Shown here: in pieces, positions 40,293-50,499 of the stretch
Position numbering within the stretch: position 1 is the first letter of the stretch
How the letters are laid out: each line of letters opens with the position of its first letter
Origin: an uncultured archaeon
Lineage (GTDB): Archaea; Thermoproteota; Bathyarchaeia; Bathyarchaeales; Bathycorpusculaceae
Assembly: GCA_963810275.1 (NCBI GenBank)
Contig: CAWENF010000002.1
Coordinates: 32,001-96,000 of the forward strand
Direction of reading: 5' to 3'
DNA length: 64,000 nucleotides
Position numbers and translations under genes: made by a program
The notes under the pieces: generated by a model
Seen by the model: the letters and a program-made list of their open reading frames with translations, nothing else
What the model was told of the DNA's origin: nothing
Database searches by the model: none

Positions 40293-41144
40293 CTAACGGA
40301 TATTCCTTATAATCTAGGTGAAACAGTCAACAGCCGTAGATCCGCAAGAAGCTACAAGTTAGAACCCCTAAAACCCGAAACCTTGGCAGCACTATTTGAG
40401 TACGCTAAGACTGTAAAGCCGCCGTTTGATTGCGCCACTGAGATTCGCTTCTTCAAAGCTGACCCCACAAAAGAATTATACACCATGATGAAGTCGCCCC
40501 CAGATAACGTGGCGTTCCTGTCGGAAACAGATGTTGTCTCAATAGCAAAAACCGGGTTCATGGGAGAACTGTTGATTCTTATGGCACAAAGCCTCGGTGT
40601 CTCAACATGCTGGTATGGACATTACAAACTGGCAGAACTAGAAAGATTAATGCCTCACTTGCAGAACCCCAGCCAACTTGAAGAACCGCCAAACGGTTTC
40701 AGCTACTCAAAAGGCGTCACCGAGGGCGTACGCGCAATTTGCATTTCACCACTGGGCTACTATGAATCGAGTGGTCTACGACTGATGGATAGAATGACAA
40801 AAAAGATGTTTAGTTTTAAAAGAAAAGAAATCAAGGACTTGATCGAAAACCCCGATGATTCTGCAAACCTCTCTGATGACCTGAGCTACGCACTCGATTT
40901 GGCAAGAAGAGCGCCGTCGGCGGGCAATTCGCAGATGTGGCGATTCAGTTTCGACAATGGCTATAAAAAAGTAACAGTCGCTATGCCACTGGGGTACAAG
41001 CACTACAAGTGGCAGCACCCCAACGTGGATATAGGCATCTGCGCATGCCACCTATGGCTTGCATTATCAGAAAAAGGATATACGCCCCAAGTGGAGGTCT
41101 GTGAGGATTCTGATCGCGCCGTATTCTCTTTCAAGCTAAATTAA
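40293..41144 (+). CDS. Nitroreductase family protein (two-domain); start codon uncertain
   Basis: NSRRSARSY lies upstream of the ORF-track start; GVSTCW, RAPSAGNSQMW, DIGICACH. Confidence 0.85.
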   Translation, partial: LTDIPYNLGETVNSRRSARSYKLEPLKPETLAALFEYAKTVKPPFDCATEIRFFKADPTKELYTMMKSPPDNVAFLSETDVVSIAKTGFMGELLILMAQSLGVSTCWYGHYKLAELERLMPHLQNPSQLEEPPNGFSYSKGVTEGVRAICISPLGYYESSGLRLMDRMTKKMFSFKRKEIKDLIENPDDSANLSDDLSYALDLARRAPSAGNSQMWRFSFDNGYKKVTVAMPLGYKHYKWQHPNVDIGICACHLWLALSEKGYTPQVEVCEDSDRAVFSFKLN

Positions 41145-41178
41145 TAAAAAGCATATCCACGCCAATTAAACAACTACG

Positions 41179-41208
41179 TATGGGTTCAATTCCCATCTCC
41201 AACTCCAT
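41179..41208 (+). repeat. Direct repeat of the tRNA-Cys 3' end (att site)
   Basis: TATGGGTTCAATTCCCATCTCCAACTCCAT vs 40170-40199 (28/30). Confidence 0.9.
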
Positions 41209-41233
41209 AGCCGAACCCCAAGCTTTTAAGTGA

Positions 41234-41660
41234 CTATTTGCGTTTCCTGAATAGCTTTGAGTCATCCATTGAGCAAACATATTCAAAACCATTTTCTATG
41301 AGTCCGCTTGCTTCTTTGATAGTCTTGGCAACTTTACAGATAAATTCCTCATCTCGGGAAATCTATTAGTTGGGTATAGATAATGATATTTTTGATGCTT
41401 TTGTGCCTCAATAGCTTCATGACGTAAAGGATGTATTTTATTTTGTGGTACTCCATGGTTGCTTTCCAGTAGCGGAAGGTGTGAAACGTGATTCGGTTTA
41501 TTCTTGGGTTAGCAAGCTTGAGGGCGGTTCTTTTGCGCTGGTTAACAAAGTTCCCCCGTTAGCCGCGGAGTTCGTAAGTTTCAAAGATTTTGTCAGATCT
41601 TTTTGGGAGCGCTAACATCATGGCTAAGGGTTTGCTTGAGATTTTGAACATGCGTGGGCG
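41234..41660 (-). pseudogene. Tyrosine recombinase/integrase C-terminal remnant
   Basis: Manual translation: NPRINRITFHTFRYWKATMEYHK...LLRHKSIKNIIIYTQL, frameshift, FICKVAKTIKEASGLIENGFEYVCSMDDSKLFRKRK*; in-frame stop upstream. Confidence 0.85.
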
Positions 41661-41851
41661 GCTATGTTTTTCAGGTGTTACTTAAAGATATCACTTGGCA
41701 TGGAATAGCTGAAGCCCAAAGACAAACAGGAATATCAGAACAAACTATAAGACGACTACTAAAAGAGTACCCAATACCACCAAAGAATCCACAATATTGT
41801 CGCATATGGATAACCGAAGAACAAAACACGCAACTGCAAAAAATCGTATGA
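41654..41851 (+). CDS. Small HTH protein
   Basis: GIAEAQRQTGISEQTIRRLLK. Confidence 0.45.
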   Translation: MGGYVFQVLLKDITWHGIAEAQRQTGISEQTIRRLLKEYPIPPKNPQYCRIWITEEQNTQLQKIV

Positions 41852-41864
41852 GTTAGAAAGTATC

Positions 41865-42050
41865 ATGAGACAGCTTAAAAATGCTCAACAAGATCTTGAA
41901 AACTCCTGGATTATACCTTACAATGAATCTCAAGCCAGAAAAGAGCTGGACGGTTGGTCACCTCAACAGTTCCAAGACTACTTGAGAAGCCAAATGGAAA
42001 AAGGCGAAAAAAGCAATAATACAATGAAACTAACATTTGACATGCACTAA
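41865..42050 (+). CDS. Small hypothetical protein
   Basis: ATG-start 61 aa ORF following the HTH ORF. Confidence 0.35.
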   Translation: MRQLKNAQQDLENSWIIPYNESQARKELDGWSPQQFQDYLRSQMEKGEKSNNTMKLTFDMH

Positions 42051-42299
42051 ACAAGTTAGAGATAAATTTGAAAATACTTTCCAAGGTAACATCTAGCATT
42101 AGATTAAATCAGTCATAGCTCTGTTTTTCGAAATGCCCACGCTAAGAATGATTCTATATTAAAGGAGTAGTTACGCTGAAACGCTTGATTAATAACCAGC
42201 AGTGCAGTTATCAAAAAACATCTATACACCTGAAAAACAACTAACCAACCGCTGGAAAAAAAGTTTTTGAAAGTCTTTAATATCCTTGAAGAGCATAGT

Positions 42300-44365
42300 T
42301 TATGTTTCAGAAACAGATCGTAATTCAGAGCGTGCTAAGCGATCGCGGTTCAAAACGCTTTGTTGTATGCATTTGTATAAAAGAGATAGAACTTCATGCA
42401 CATTAAACAAATTGAACATCGCTTTACTCGGACCTATTCCTACTTTGATTGAATACGCAGTAGAAGGTAGAACTTCAAAGAGGTCTTCATCAGTTATATC
42501 ATCACCGATAGCTAAAATGAAATCCCAGTGAGACTTAGAAAGCCATCGTTGAGCAGCTACCCCTTTATTGACTGCTACGTCTTTGACTTCCACAATTTTG
42601 TTACCCTCCAGGATTGCTAACCCAAGATTTGAAGTCAAATACATTAAATCGTCTCTCAATTCATTTGATCTAAGAGTACCTAAGATTGGATCGGTTTTGC
42701 GATAATGCCAAACAAGAGAATACGGTTTATCCTCAACAAAAGAGCCAGGAGTTCGGTCTGTATACTTCTCAAGAAGAGGATGGATTTTATTTTTCCATTC
42801 AGTTGAGATCGTTTCTGCCTCTTCAATCTTCCCTGATCGGTCCTTAATCCAAGCCCCATGCTCTGCAATAAATCCAATATCTAAATCTCCAAACCAAAGA
42901 TTTAGGAAATGTCTATCTCTGCCGCTAATAATTACAAGTTCGTTTTTCGGGTCTAAAGAAAGTTCTTTTAGGATTTCCAACAGCTGTGAAGTAGGCTTTG
43001 CTTTATCTGGCGTATCACTAAAAGTAACCAGGGTACCATCATAGTCCAATAAAAGTAGCCTTTTTCTGCTTTTTTGATAGTTTTCGATTAGATCCTGCCG
43101 AGATTTATTATTCATAAAATGTTGTTTCTCTGTTTGCTGAGAATCATAAGCAATATTAAGCTCATTTAGAAAATCTCCTGCCCATCGTTTAATATCATAC
43201 TGTTTTAGGCGTCTTTGCATGATTCGATTGCGTTTTTCCTGTTCTTCTCTGGGTAAGTAAAGCGCTGTTTCTATAGTGTTTACAAGCTCTTCTTGATTTT
43301 CAGGATTTACAATCAATGCTTCGCTAAGTTCTTGTGAGGCTCCTGCCATTTCAGAGAGAATCAAAACGCCTTTGGCATCAGTTTTACTTGCGATAAATTC
43401 CTTAGCTATCAGATTCATACCGTCCCGTAACGGAGTTACCAAGCCGACATCAGCAATGGCGTACATAGCTACAATTGTTTTAAACGGCAAAAAATGGCTA
43501 AAATAAACAATGGGTAACCAGTCAGTAGTCGAAAACTTGCCGTTTATACGCCCCACAAGCTCATCTATTTGCTTTTTTAGAATTTTATATTGATTTACGT
43601 CTTCTCTTGAAGGAACACTAACCAACAATAAAGTAACTTTTCCTCTAAATTCAGGTTTTTTTTCCAAGAAATAGTCGAAAGCTTCTAACCGAAGCGGAAT
43701 CCCTTTAGTGTAATCCAAACGATCGAATGAAAGAATGAACTTTTGTCCTATTGCTCTTTTTTGTATACGGGCGACCTCTTTTTGAACCTTCATACTTGAT
43801 GCATTGTTGAAAAAACGGTCATAATCAATCCCCATAGGAAAAAGATCAGTTTTAACCCTGCGGGTATCCGTTTGGATCTCATTCAACGTATTTTCATAGC
43901 CAAGTATTCGGCGAACACTTGAGAGAAAATGTCTCACGTAATCGTAAGTATGGAATCCTACCAGATTTGCACCTAAAATACCCTGAAGTATTTCCTTACG
44001 CCAAGGTAGAAGCCTAAAAATTTCAAAAGAAGGGAAGGGAATATGTAGAAAGAACCCAATGTCCGAATCAGTTAAGTTTTCAAGAATCATCTCGGAAATC
44101 ATCAGCAAATGATAATCCTGGATATAAAAGGTGTCCTTTTTGTTTGCAATTTCCATTATTGATTTCAAAAATTTTTCGTTTACTGCCTTATATGTCAACC
44201 AATTCGCTTGATCATATTTTGTATAAACGCTAAAGTAATGAAAAAGAGGCCAGATAGTATTATTTGAAAATCCTTGATAGTATTGTCGAATATCTTTTGC
44301 AGTAAGAAAGACGGGATAACACTTTTCTGCTATCAAAATCCGATAAATGTCTTCTTTATTTTTTG
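42300..44365 (-). CDS. Bifunctional trehalose-6-phosphate synthase/phosphatase, 5'-truncated
   Basis: YYQGFSNNTIWPLFHY, FFLHIPFPS, DRLDYTKGI, LRDGMNL, HAD motifs DYDGTL and GDDITDED; the N-terminal SNRLP/GGL/WxGW segment is absent. Confidence 0.88.
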
Positions 44366-44519
44366 GAACCGAACAGCTACTGTGATTGTTGCCCCCTTGA
44401 TAGGATTTTTGTTAGACACAACTCAATCAATAGGGTATATTTTTGCATGCATTTCATTATTTGCTGTCTTCAGTGTTACTCTTACTTCAACTTTAGGTAA
44501 ACAATACCGAGCGAACTGA
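44365..44519 (+). pseudogene. C-terminal remnant of an MFS-type transporter
   Basis: ATVIVAPLIGFLLDTTQSIGYIFACISLFAVFSVTL resembles MFS TM11-TM12. Confidence 0.5.
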
Positions 44520-45074
44520 CTTGTTTTTTATGCTAATTACTATATTAGATAAAAAATGTTATGAGAGGAGAGCAAATCTAAAAAATTAAAGATGTTAGAT
44601 TTAAAAAACTAAATATAGATTGATAAGTAGTATATTAAATGATTTGAGATTTCAACTTTGTATTAGCAATGAAGGTAATTTGAAGTAAATGATTAAAAAG
44701 AGAGAAATGGTATCCTGACACCATTTTATTTAGTATTAATTAAATCTTAGAGAAGGATAGCTAATAACCAAAGGTAATTGAACCTCAAGCAATTCTGAGG
44801 TTACGCAATGGACCGCCTAAAAAACTTAACAGATAGGCAAAACCCCGAAAAGCAACTAAAAATTCTTTTTTCTTGTATTAGGCTGATAGTTCAATCTAAT
44901 AGGTTATTGAACCTGTAGACGCGGTATTTGCATTTTTTACCTTTTTAGCAGAATAATCTTGGCATTTAATGCTTGCTTTGAAGATTAGTATTCTGGTTCT
45001 AAAGTATCATTTTATAGAGAATTGATATAAACAGGCATCATCCACTATAATCAACTTCTCTGAGGTAGTACCAA

Positions 45075-46088
45075 ATGGTAGGCAGAAAAACGATAGTAAT
45101 TGCTACCGTCTTATTGGGTACATTAGTTGTAATAAGCTCATTTGTTTATCTCAATTTCCGAAATCCCTACCTTGGACAAATGGAATCAATTAACGTTGCG
45201 TATTCACCGTTTGAATCGTTAACACTTTTTTGGGTTGCTGAAAACCAGAATTTCTTCAGCCAAAACGGTCTTAATGTGACCGCTCATGAATATGATACTG
45301 GAGCTGGAGCACTAAGCGGAGTGTTGAATGATGAAGATGACATTGTGGTGGGAACAACAGAGTTTCCACTAACTTCAAATATACTTAATGGGGCACAAAT
45401 TAATACAATTAGCACGATCGCCAAATCAGAATTTATATATCTTATCGGGCGACAAGACCGGGGAATTAATGAGATTTCGGACCTTAAGGGTAAAACCATC
45501 GGAACAGCTTTTGGGACTATAGCACAATTCTACTTAGGCAGATTTCTTAGTCTAAATGGCTTAAGTATTCAAGATGTGACACTCGTTGACCTCAAGACGC
45601 CAGCTGAATGGGTTGATGCTGTAGCAAATGGATCTGTGGATGCAGTTGCGACTGCTCAGCCGACTGCACAAATGGCAAAGGATGCTTTGGGTGATAATGC
45701 TGTTTTTTGGTCAATTCAAAGTAGCCAGCCTCTTTACGCACAGGCAATTGCCACTGACGATTGGATAACGAGTCATCCTGAACTGGTCAACAGGTTTCTT
45801 AAGTCTCTCTTGCAAGCTGAGGATTATACAATTAATCATCCTACCGAAGCTAAGGCAATTGTAAAAAACCAGTTGAACCTTACCGACGCTTACATCGGTA
45901 AAGTGTGGACTCAGAACCAATTTTTTCTTTCACTTGACCAATCCCTAATTTTAGCGATGCAAGACGAAGCGCAATGGCTAATCACTAATAACTTAACTAA
46001 TGCAACAACGGCCCCCAACTTTATCAATTACGTGTACCAAGATGGGTTGAAATCAGTCGACCATAGCTTAGTGAACATTATCAGTTAG
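45075..46088 (+). CDS. NMT1/SsuA/TauA-type solute-binding protein
   Basis: N-terminal anchor, FFSQNGLNV, DLKGKTIG, GSVDAVA, HPELVNRFLKSL. Confidence 0.88.
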   Translation: MVGRKTIVIATVLLGTLVVISSFVYLNFRNPYLGQMESINVAYSPFESLTLFWVAENQNFFSQNGLNVTAHEYDTGAGALSGVLNDEDDIVVGTTEFPLTSNILNGAQINTISTIAKSEFIYLIGRQDRGINEISDLKGKTIGTAFGTIAQFYLGRFLSLNGLSIQDVTLVDLKTPAEWVDAVANGSVDAVATAQPTAQMAKDALGDNAVFWSIQSSQPLYAQAIATDDWITSHPELVNRFLKSLLQAEDYTINHPTEAKAIVKNQLNLTDAYIGKVWTQNQFFLSLDQSLILAMQDEAQWLITNNLTNATTAPNFINYVYQDGLKSVDHSLVNIIS

Positions 46089-46099
46089 AGGAAACAAAC

Positions 46100-48043
46100 A
46101 TGAGAATAAAGACCCAACTTTTACTGAGCATCGCAACTTTTAGCATCACTTTAGTTATAATTGGGTCATCAGTCGCATTAGCACAGCTACAGATAACCGA
46201 GTTAAATAATAAAAGCATCATTACAAACGAAATTCAAACTGGAGCAAGCGACCTTAACTACATCTCAAACAACTACTTCCTCTACCAAGACAATTCTTCC
46301 ATAATTTCATGGAGAACAAAGTTTTCAGCACTATCCAGTGAGATAACAATATTAAATTCCACTAATCCTCGGCAGCAAGTACTGGTCAATACAATTAACC
46401 GTGATTTAAAGAATCTAAACGATGTGTTCGCTGGAGTTACAACTTTTCTATCTAGTGCGCCTAGAAATGCCAGTGTTCGTGTTCTGCCTGATTTTCAGAC
46501 TCAGTGGAATAGAATGGCTGTGGAATTACAAGCACTTGCTTTCGATTCTCAACAGCTATCTCAAAATATACAGGAACAAACAAACCAAGCTATAATAGTA
46601 AATACTATTCTTACGGTCGCTCTTTTGAGCTTATTTGGGGCTTACTTCATCACCATTTACTTTGTGGCATACCGAGGAACTGCGAGATCCATCGTTAAGC
46701 TCAAAAATGGCATAGCAGTGATTGGTTCTGGTGACCTTAATTATACTATTGAAGCAGGTAAGAAAGATGAGATTGCGGATATTTCAAAATCTATCAATCA
46801 AATGGCAGTCAATTTGAAAACTGTTACTGCATCCAAAAATGACTTAGAACAAGCGCAAACTTCTCTGCGCGAAAGTGAGCAGCGTTGGGCGACAACTTTG
46901 AAAAGCATCGGTGATGCGGTCATTGCTACTGACACACAGGGCAAAATCAAATTTATGAATAGCGAGGCTGAGATGCTTACAGGTTGGAAACTAAGTGAGG
47001 CTTTACAGAAACCAGCGAAAAACGTATTTAACATTATAAATGAGCAAACTCGTTTGGAGGTTGAAAGCCCAATTGAACGAGTACTCAATGAAGGCATAGT
47101 TGTTGGCTTGGCAAATCATACGATCCTAATCCAAAAAGATGGAAAAGAAGTTCCAATTGACGATAGTGGTGCACCCATAAAGGACAGAGAGGGCAAGACA
47201 ACGGGTGTAGTTCTTATTTTCCGAGATATTACCGAGCGCAAGAAAGTTGAAGATGAAAGAATTCGGATGCAAACTAAGCTCGAAGAGTCTGCCATTAAAC
47301 TTAAGGAATATGCCAGCCAAATGGAAGAGCTTGCTGCGCAAAGAGCTAAGCAACTTAAAGATTCCGAGCGTTTAGCCGCCATAGGTGCAACTGCAGGCAT
47401 GGTTGGTCATGACATTCGTAACCCGTTGCAGGCTATAATTAGCGATGTGTTCTTAGCTAAAACAGAATTAACCTCCATACCAGACAGTGAAGAGAAGAAG
47501 AATGCCTTGGAGAGTATGTCTGAAATCGAGAAAAATATTGATTACATAAATAAAATTGTTCAGGACCTTCAGGACTATGCTAGACCTCTTAACCCTAAGA
47601 TTGAAAAAAACGACTTGAATTCCATCGTTGAAACATTCATCGCAAAAAATGGTTTACCTAAAAATATCAAGGTTAAGGTAGAAATAACCGATGAAGCTAG
47701 AATAATTAGAGCTGACTCATATTATCTAAACAGAATCTTATACAACTTAGTTACCAATGCCCTTCAAGCAATGCCTACTGGAGGTAATTTAACAATAGAG
47801 GCACACAAAGAAGCAGAGGATACTGTTTTATCGGTTAAGGATACGGGCGTTGGAATTCCAAAAGAAATTCAGGATAAAATGTTTACTCTCATGTTTACCA
47901 CAAAATCCAAAGGGCAAGGCTTTGGTTTGCCGGTTGTTAAGAGGATGACAGAATCGTTGGGCGGCACCGTGTCTTTTGAGAGCCAAGAGGGAAAAGGAAC
48001 GACATTCACAATTCGTTTACCCTCCCAAAGACCTAAACGGTAA
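46100..48043 (+). CDS. Membrane sensor histidine kinase (2TM-HAMP-PAS-HisKA-HATPase)
   Basis: HAMP GSGDL..DEI..INQM, PAS SIGDAVIATD, GHDIRNPLQA, GQGFGL. Confidence 0.92.
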   Translation: MRIKTQLLLSIATFSITLVIIGSSVALAQLQITELNNKSIITNEIQTGASDLNYISNNYFLYQDNSSIISWRTKFSALSSEITILNSTNPRQQVLVNTINRDLKNLNDVFAGVTTFLSSAPRNASVRVLPDFQTQWNRMAVELQALAFDSQQLSQNIQEQTNQAIIVNTILTVALLSLFGAYFITIYFVAYRGTARSIVKLKNGIAVIGSGDLNYTIEAGKKDEIADISKSINQMAVNLKTVTASKNDLEQAQTSLRESEQRWATTLKSIGDAVIATDTQGKIKFMNSEAEMLTGWKLSEALQKPAKNVFNIINEQTRLEVESPIERVLNEGIVVGLANHTILIQKDGKEVPIDDSGAPIKDREGKTTGVVLIFRDITERKKVEDERIRMQTKLEESAIKLKEYASQMEELAAQRAKQLKDSERLAAIGATAGMVGHDIRNPLQAIISDVFLAKTELTSIPDSEEKKNALESMSEIEKNIDYINKIVQDLQDYARPLNPKIEKNDLNSIVETFIAKNGLPKNIKVKVEITDEARIIRADSYYLNRILYNLVTNALQAMPTGGNLTIEAHKEAEDTVLSVKDTGVGIPKEIQDKMFTLMFTTKSKGQGFGLPVVKRMTESLGGTVSFESQEGKGTTFTIRLPSQRPKR

Positions 48044-48356
48044 ATTAACCTACAAGTGAGTTTATTTTGAGACTGGTTTGTCGTCCTATAATTCCCAGCC
48101 AAACTTAACGGCGTTCTTGCGGAACTATTCTTACTGGAATCAAGCCACATTCTGCGGTTTTAATAAGGTCAGCTGGATTTAGTTCTGGCGTTTCGGGCCT
48201 GCCATAATTCAACCACACCTTAGCCTTGACTGGATTAAGCCCAGCTTGAGTAATAATAGGCCGAGCTTCCAGTTATGACCAGGCGAGTTCAAAACGTCAA
48301 GTTACTGTATTATTCCACGCCATTTAGAAGTCATGCAGGAACTTCTATTGAGCGTT

Positions 48357-49811
48357 TTATTCGCCTTTCACGCCTTTGGCGATGCGCTCACCGATATCCT
48401 TATCGATGTTGTGCCAGTATTCGAAGGCTCTTTGCAGCACAGGTTCGGATACGCCGTTTTTCAAATGCCCCACCACATTGGACACAAGCCGGTTGCGCTG
48501 CGCATCGTCCATAACCTTGCGCACCAGGGTCCCGGGCTGGCCGAAATCGTCGTCGTCCTTGCGCTTGTTGTAGGCGGTACGGATGAACTCGCCGCTGGCA
48601 CTCCAGATGGCGACCTCGGGATATCGCTCAGGGTCAGCCTTGGGACCTCCTTTTGAGTTGGGTGCATAAACTGGATCGGAGACTTTATCCATCCGCATTG
48701 CCCCGCCTTTGCTGTAGCTATGGATTGGTACTTTGGGTCGATTTACTGGAATCTGCTTGTAGTTTACTCCTAGGCGAGCTCGATGGGCATCGGAATAGGA
48801 AACTAGGCGAGCAAGTAGCATCTTGTCTGGGCTTGGTCCGATTCCGGGGACGAGGTTGTTTGGTTCGAATGCTGCCTGTTCAATCTCAGCTTGAAAATCG
48901 ATTGGATTTCGGTTCAGTGTCAGTTTGCCCACTTCGTGTACTGGATAGTCTTCGTGTGGCCAGACCTTGGTCAGGTCGAAGGGGTTGAATCGGTAAGTCT
49001 CGGCCTCTTTGAAGGGCATGATCTGGACTTGTAGAGTCCAACTGGGGTAATCTCCTCGTTTGATTGCCTCTGATAGATCGCGGCGGTGGTAGTCTGCGTC
49101 AACACCGGCAATTCGGTCGGCTTCTTCTTGTGTTAGGAAGTCGATGCCTTGGTTTGTCTTGAAGTGATACTTCACCCAATGGCGCTCGCCTTTGGCATTG
49201 ACCCACATATAGGTGTGGCTCGAGTAGCCATTCATATGTCGATAACTTCTGGGGACTCCACGATCGCTCATTAAGATGGTGACCTGATGGGCTGACTCGG
49301 GCGAAAGCGACCAGAAATCCCACTGCATATCGTTATCGCGTAGGCCGTTCTCTGCACGTCGTTTCTGTGAGTGGATGAAATGCTGGAATTTCATAGGGTC
49401 GCGTACGAAAAAAACGGGGGTGTTGTTTCCCACCATGTCATAATTGCCCTCTGGGGTGTAAAACTTTAGTGCAAAACCGCGTACATCCCGCCAGGTGTCG
49501 GGACTGCCGCTTTCGCCGGCTACTGTAGAGAACCTGGCCAATACCTCAGTTTTGGTACCTGGTTGGAACAAGGCTGCCTTTGTATAAGCGCTGACGTCTT
49601 TGGTTACCTCAAAGTATCCGAACGCTCCGGAACCTTTTGCGTGGGGTTGGCGGTCTGGGATCATCTCTCGGTTAAAGTTAGCCATCTGCTCCATCAGGTA
49701 GTAGTCTTGCAGCAGAATTGGGCCATCAGGACCCACGGTGAGAGAAAACTCCTCGCTGGATACTGGAATTCCGGCATCTGTTGTTGTGGGTTTACGTTCG
49801 TCTTTTTTCAT
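48357..49811 (-). CDS. katA: Monofunctional small-subunit heme catalase
   Basis: [43 protein letters not shown], heme-ligand motif RLVSYSDAH. Confidence 0.93.
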   Translation of the reverse strand: MKKDERKPTTTDAGIPVSSEEFSLTVGPDGPILLQDYYLMEQMANFNREMIPDRQPHAKGSGAFGYFEVTKDVSAYTKAALFQPGTKTEVLARFSTVAGESGSPDTWRDVRGFALKFYTPEGNYDMVGNNTPVFFVRDPMKFQHFIHSQKRRAENGLRDNDMQWDFWSLSPESAHQVTILMSDRGVPRSYRHMNGYSSHTYMWVNAKGERHWVKYHFKTNQGIDFLTQEEADRIAGVDADYHRRDLSEAIKRGDYPSWTLQVQIMPFKEAETYRFNPFDLTKVWPHEDYPVHEVGKLTLNRNPIDFQAEIEQAAFEPNNLVPGIGPSPDKMLLARLVSYSDAHRARLGVNYKQIPVNRPKVPIHSYSKGGAMRMDKVSDPVYAPNSKGGPKADPERYPEVAIWSASGEFIRTAYNKRKDDDDFGQPGTLVRKVMDDAQRNRLVSNVVGHLKNGVSEPVLQRAFEYWHNIDKDIGERIAKGVKGE

Positions 49812-50078
49812 GGTTATATCATTCAAAAAAATGCAACTCCTTGGTTTATAATAAGAATTTATCTTTCAATAAATCGCCTTTTCTTCTACATAGATTAGCG
49901 CAAAAGGGTCATTTAAGAATTTTTATTATCTACTATCCGTATGATCACTTATCTTAAATCAGAAGCTTCCGCAATTGAAGCGCTGTGAAGTAAAGATATT
50001 TAGTCAACGCCGAACCCCATAAAGAAATGGCTTTTCTTCCTGACTAAGCGGTAGAGAATACCTCAAGTCATCGGTCGC

Positions 50079-50380
50079 ATGGTCGATTTGCTGCAATCAA
50101 TGGCTATGTTATCTACGGAACTATCGGAGAAAGTAGATGTCAACAGCGAAACCACTTTAGACTCTGCAGGCAAAGCATACGTATTCAACAACATCTGCAC
50201 TTACGTTAAAACACTTATCTCGTTAAATCCTGAGACAGGCGGAAGGTTTGGGCAATCTATTGCCATCGGCGATAATTACGTTGCTGGAGCACCAAATGAT
50301 ACAAAACCCAACGATACCGGACAACAAAAATGAATTACATCGACCCGGGGCATCCTACATACTCAGCTACACCAGGTAAA
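50079..50380 (+). pseudogene. FG-GAP repeat remnant
   Basis: DSAGKAYVF...GGRFGQSIAIGDNYVAGAP; fragmentary, no plausible start. Confidence 0.55.
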
Positions 50381-50499
50381 GCTCCAGCAAACGGAGCCTC
50401 CTTTCACTTTTTTAACTTTTTAGCGAAACTCCAATTTCAGTTGTTAATTATAATAGTTCTTTTATAACTGCTAAAATAAATTATACAACGAGACCAAAC

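Noticed and set aside
44778-44912. Short inverted repeats (AACCTCA..TGAGGTT; GTTCAAT..ATTGAAC) upstream of the SBP gene
   Set aside because: 7-bp arms with different sequences in AT-rich DNA; not distinguishable from chance without comparative data.
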